A stretch of DNA of 64,000 nucleotides from a virus, in the IMG/VR virus record IMGVR_UViG_2643221865_000002; one strand, given 5' to 3'. The translations under genes were made by a program, and so were the position numbers. The notes below the pieces were generated by a model. It saw nothing but the letters and a program-made list of their open reading frames with translations. It was not told where the DNA came from and searched no databases. Shown here piece after piece: positions 63,662-64,000 of this stretch. How positions within the stretch are numbered: the stretch's first letter is position 1; the number at the start of each line of letters is the position of its first letter.

Positions 63662-64000
63662 TCAGGCGGCCGACAGGAGGGCCGTAGCGTCAGGAGTCGG
63701 CAGCTCAGCGACGGCTTCGTCGATCGCAGGCTGCAGTACCGACCAGGCGATGTGCTTCTCGTTCGCCAGGTGGGTGCGGATCGCACCTTCGAGCACACCG
63801 TCTCGCCTGACGAACTGGGTGAAAGTGTTCACAGTGGTGCGCCACTGCTCGGTGTCGAAGTCGTATGTGAACCAGATCTTGAACCCGACGACCTGCACGA
63901 GACGGTTGGCCGTAAGGTACCTCGGGCCGTCATCCAGCTCGACGAGGTGGACGACCTGAAGCTCGCGCTTGACGGTCGTGTTGGTGGCGGTGATGCGCAT
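63662..64000 (-). CDS. hypothetical protein, 5' end at or beyond window edge
   Basis: The ORF runs to the last base of the window, so its start is not verifiable. Confidence 0.4.
   Translation of the reverse strand: MRITATNTTVKRELQVVHLVELDDGPRYLTANRLVQVVGFKIWFTYDFDTEQWRTTVNTFTQFVRRDGVLEGAIRTHLANEKHIAWSVLQPAIDEAVAELPTPDATALLSAA

Noticed and set aside
1-64000. CRISPR arrays, tRNA/rRNA genes, IS elements or integrase
   Set aside because: No spaced direct repeats, no cloverleaf-compatible 70-90 nt intergenic segments, and no transposase or integrase-like ORFs were seen. The intergenic regions are short and mostly occupied by the motif.

Overview
High-GC (about 68-72%) actinobacterial-type DNA. 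I support about 77 protein-coding genes, roughly 80% of them on the minus strand and tightly packed, with many ATGA or 4-nt stop/start overlaps. Most genes are ORFans or tandem paralog pairs encoding small membrane proteins or lipoproteins. Recognisable genes include a 1.6-kaa N6-adenine methyltransferase + SNF2/DEAH helicase fusion, a UvrD-like helicase, a DEDDh exonuclease, RNase HI, an HNH nuclease, a eukaryotic-type WGR-PARP, two macrodomain proteins, a flotillin (SPFH) with a possible NfeD-like partner, and an HTH protein. Four J-domain membrane proteins sit in a row. Three giant repeat proteins (RCC1 beta-propeller x2 plus one with signal peptide, BNR/Asp-box, collagen-like) are present, two of them sharing a pilin-like N-terminal anchor module, with two TadE-like pseudopilins nearby. 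Also present: an He_PIG surface protein, a CHAP/NlpC amidase, and SDR epimerase / HAD / GNAT / LRV housekeeping-like genes. Overall this reads as an accessory island, plasmid or prophage-like region rather than core chromosome; no tRNA, rRNA or CRISPR array was seen. The most striking feature is a roughly 15-bp motif (gene-sense 5'-tCCGCaCATG(t/a)aGGTG-3', subclasses cGCCACATGTCy and CCGCACAcCTAC). At least 40 copies occur, essentially one upstream of almost every gene and always in the sense orientation of the gene it precedes, whichever strand that gene is on. In at least 8 cases CACATG lies exactly 8 nt before the start ATG. Other notable items are a 20-nt poly-G tract in a 5' region (44494-44513) and several GC-rich hairpin terminators. 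My coordinates are hand-derived from the ORF track; refined starts may be off by 1-2 nt.
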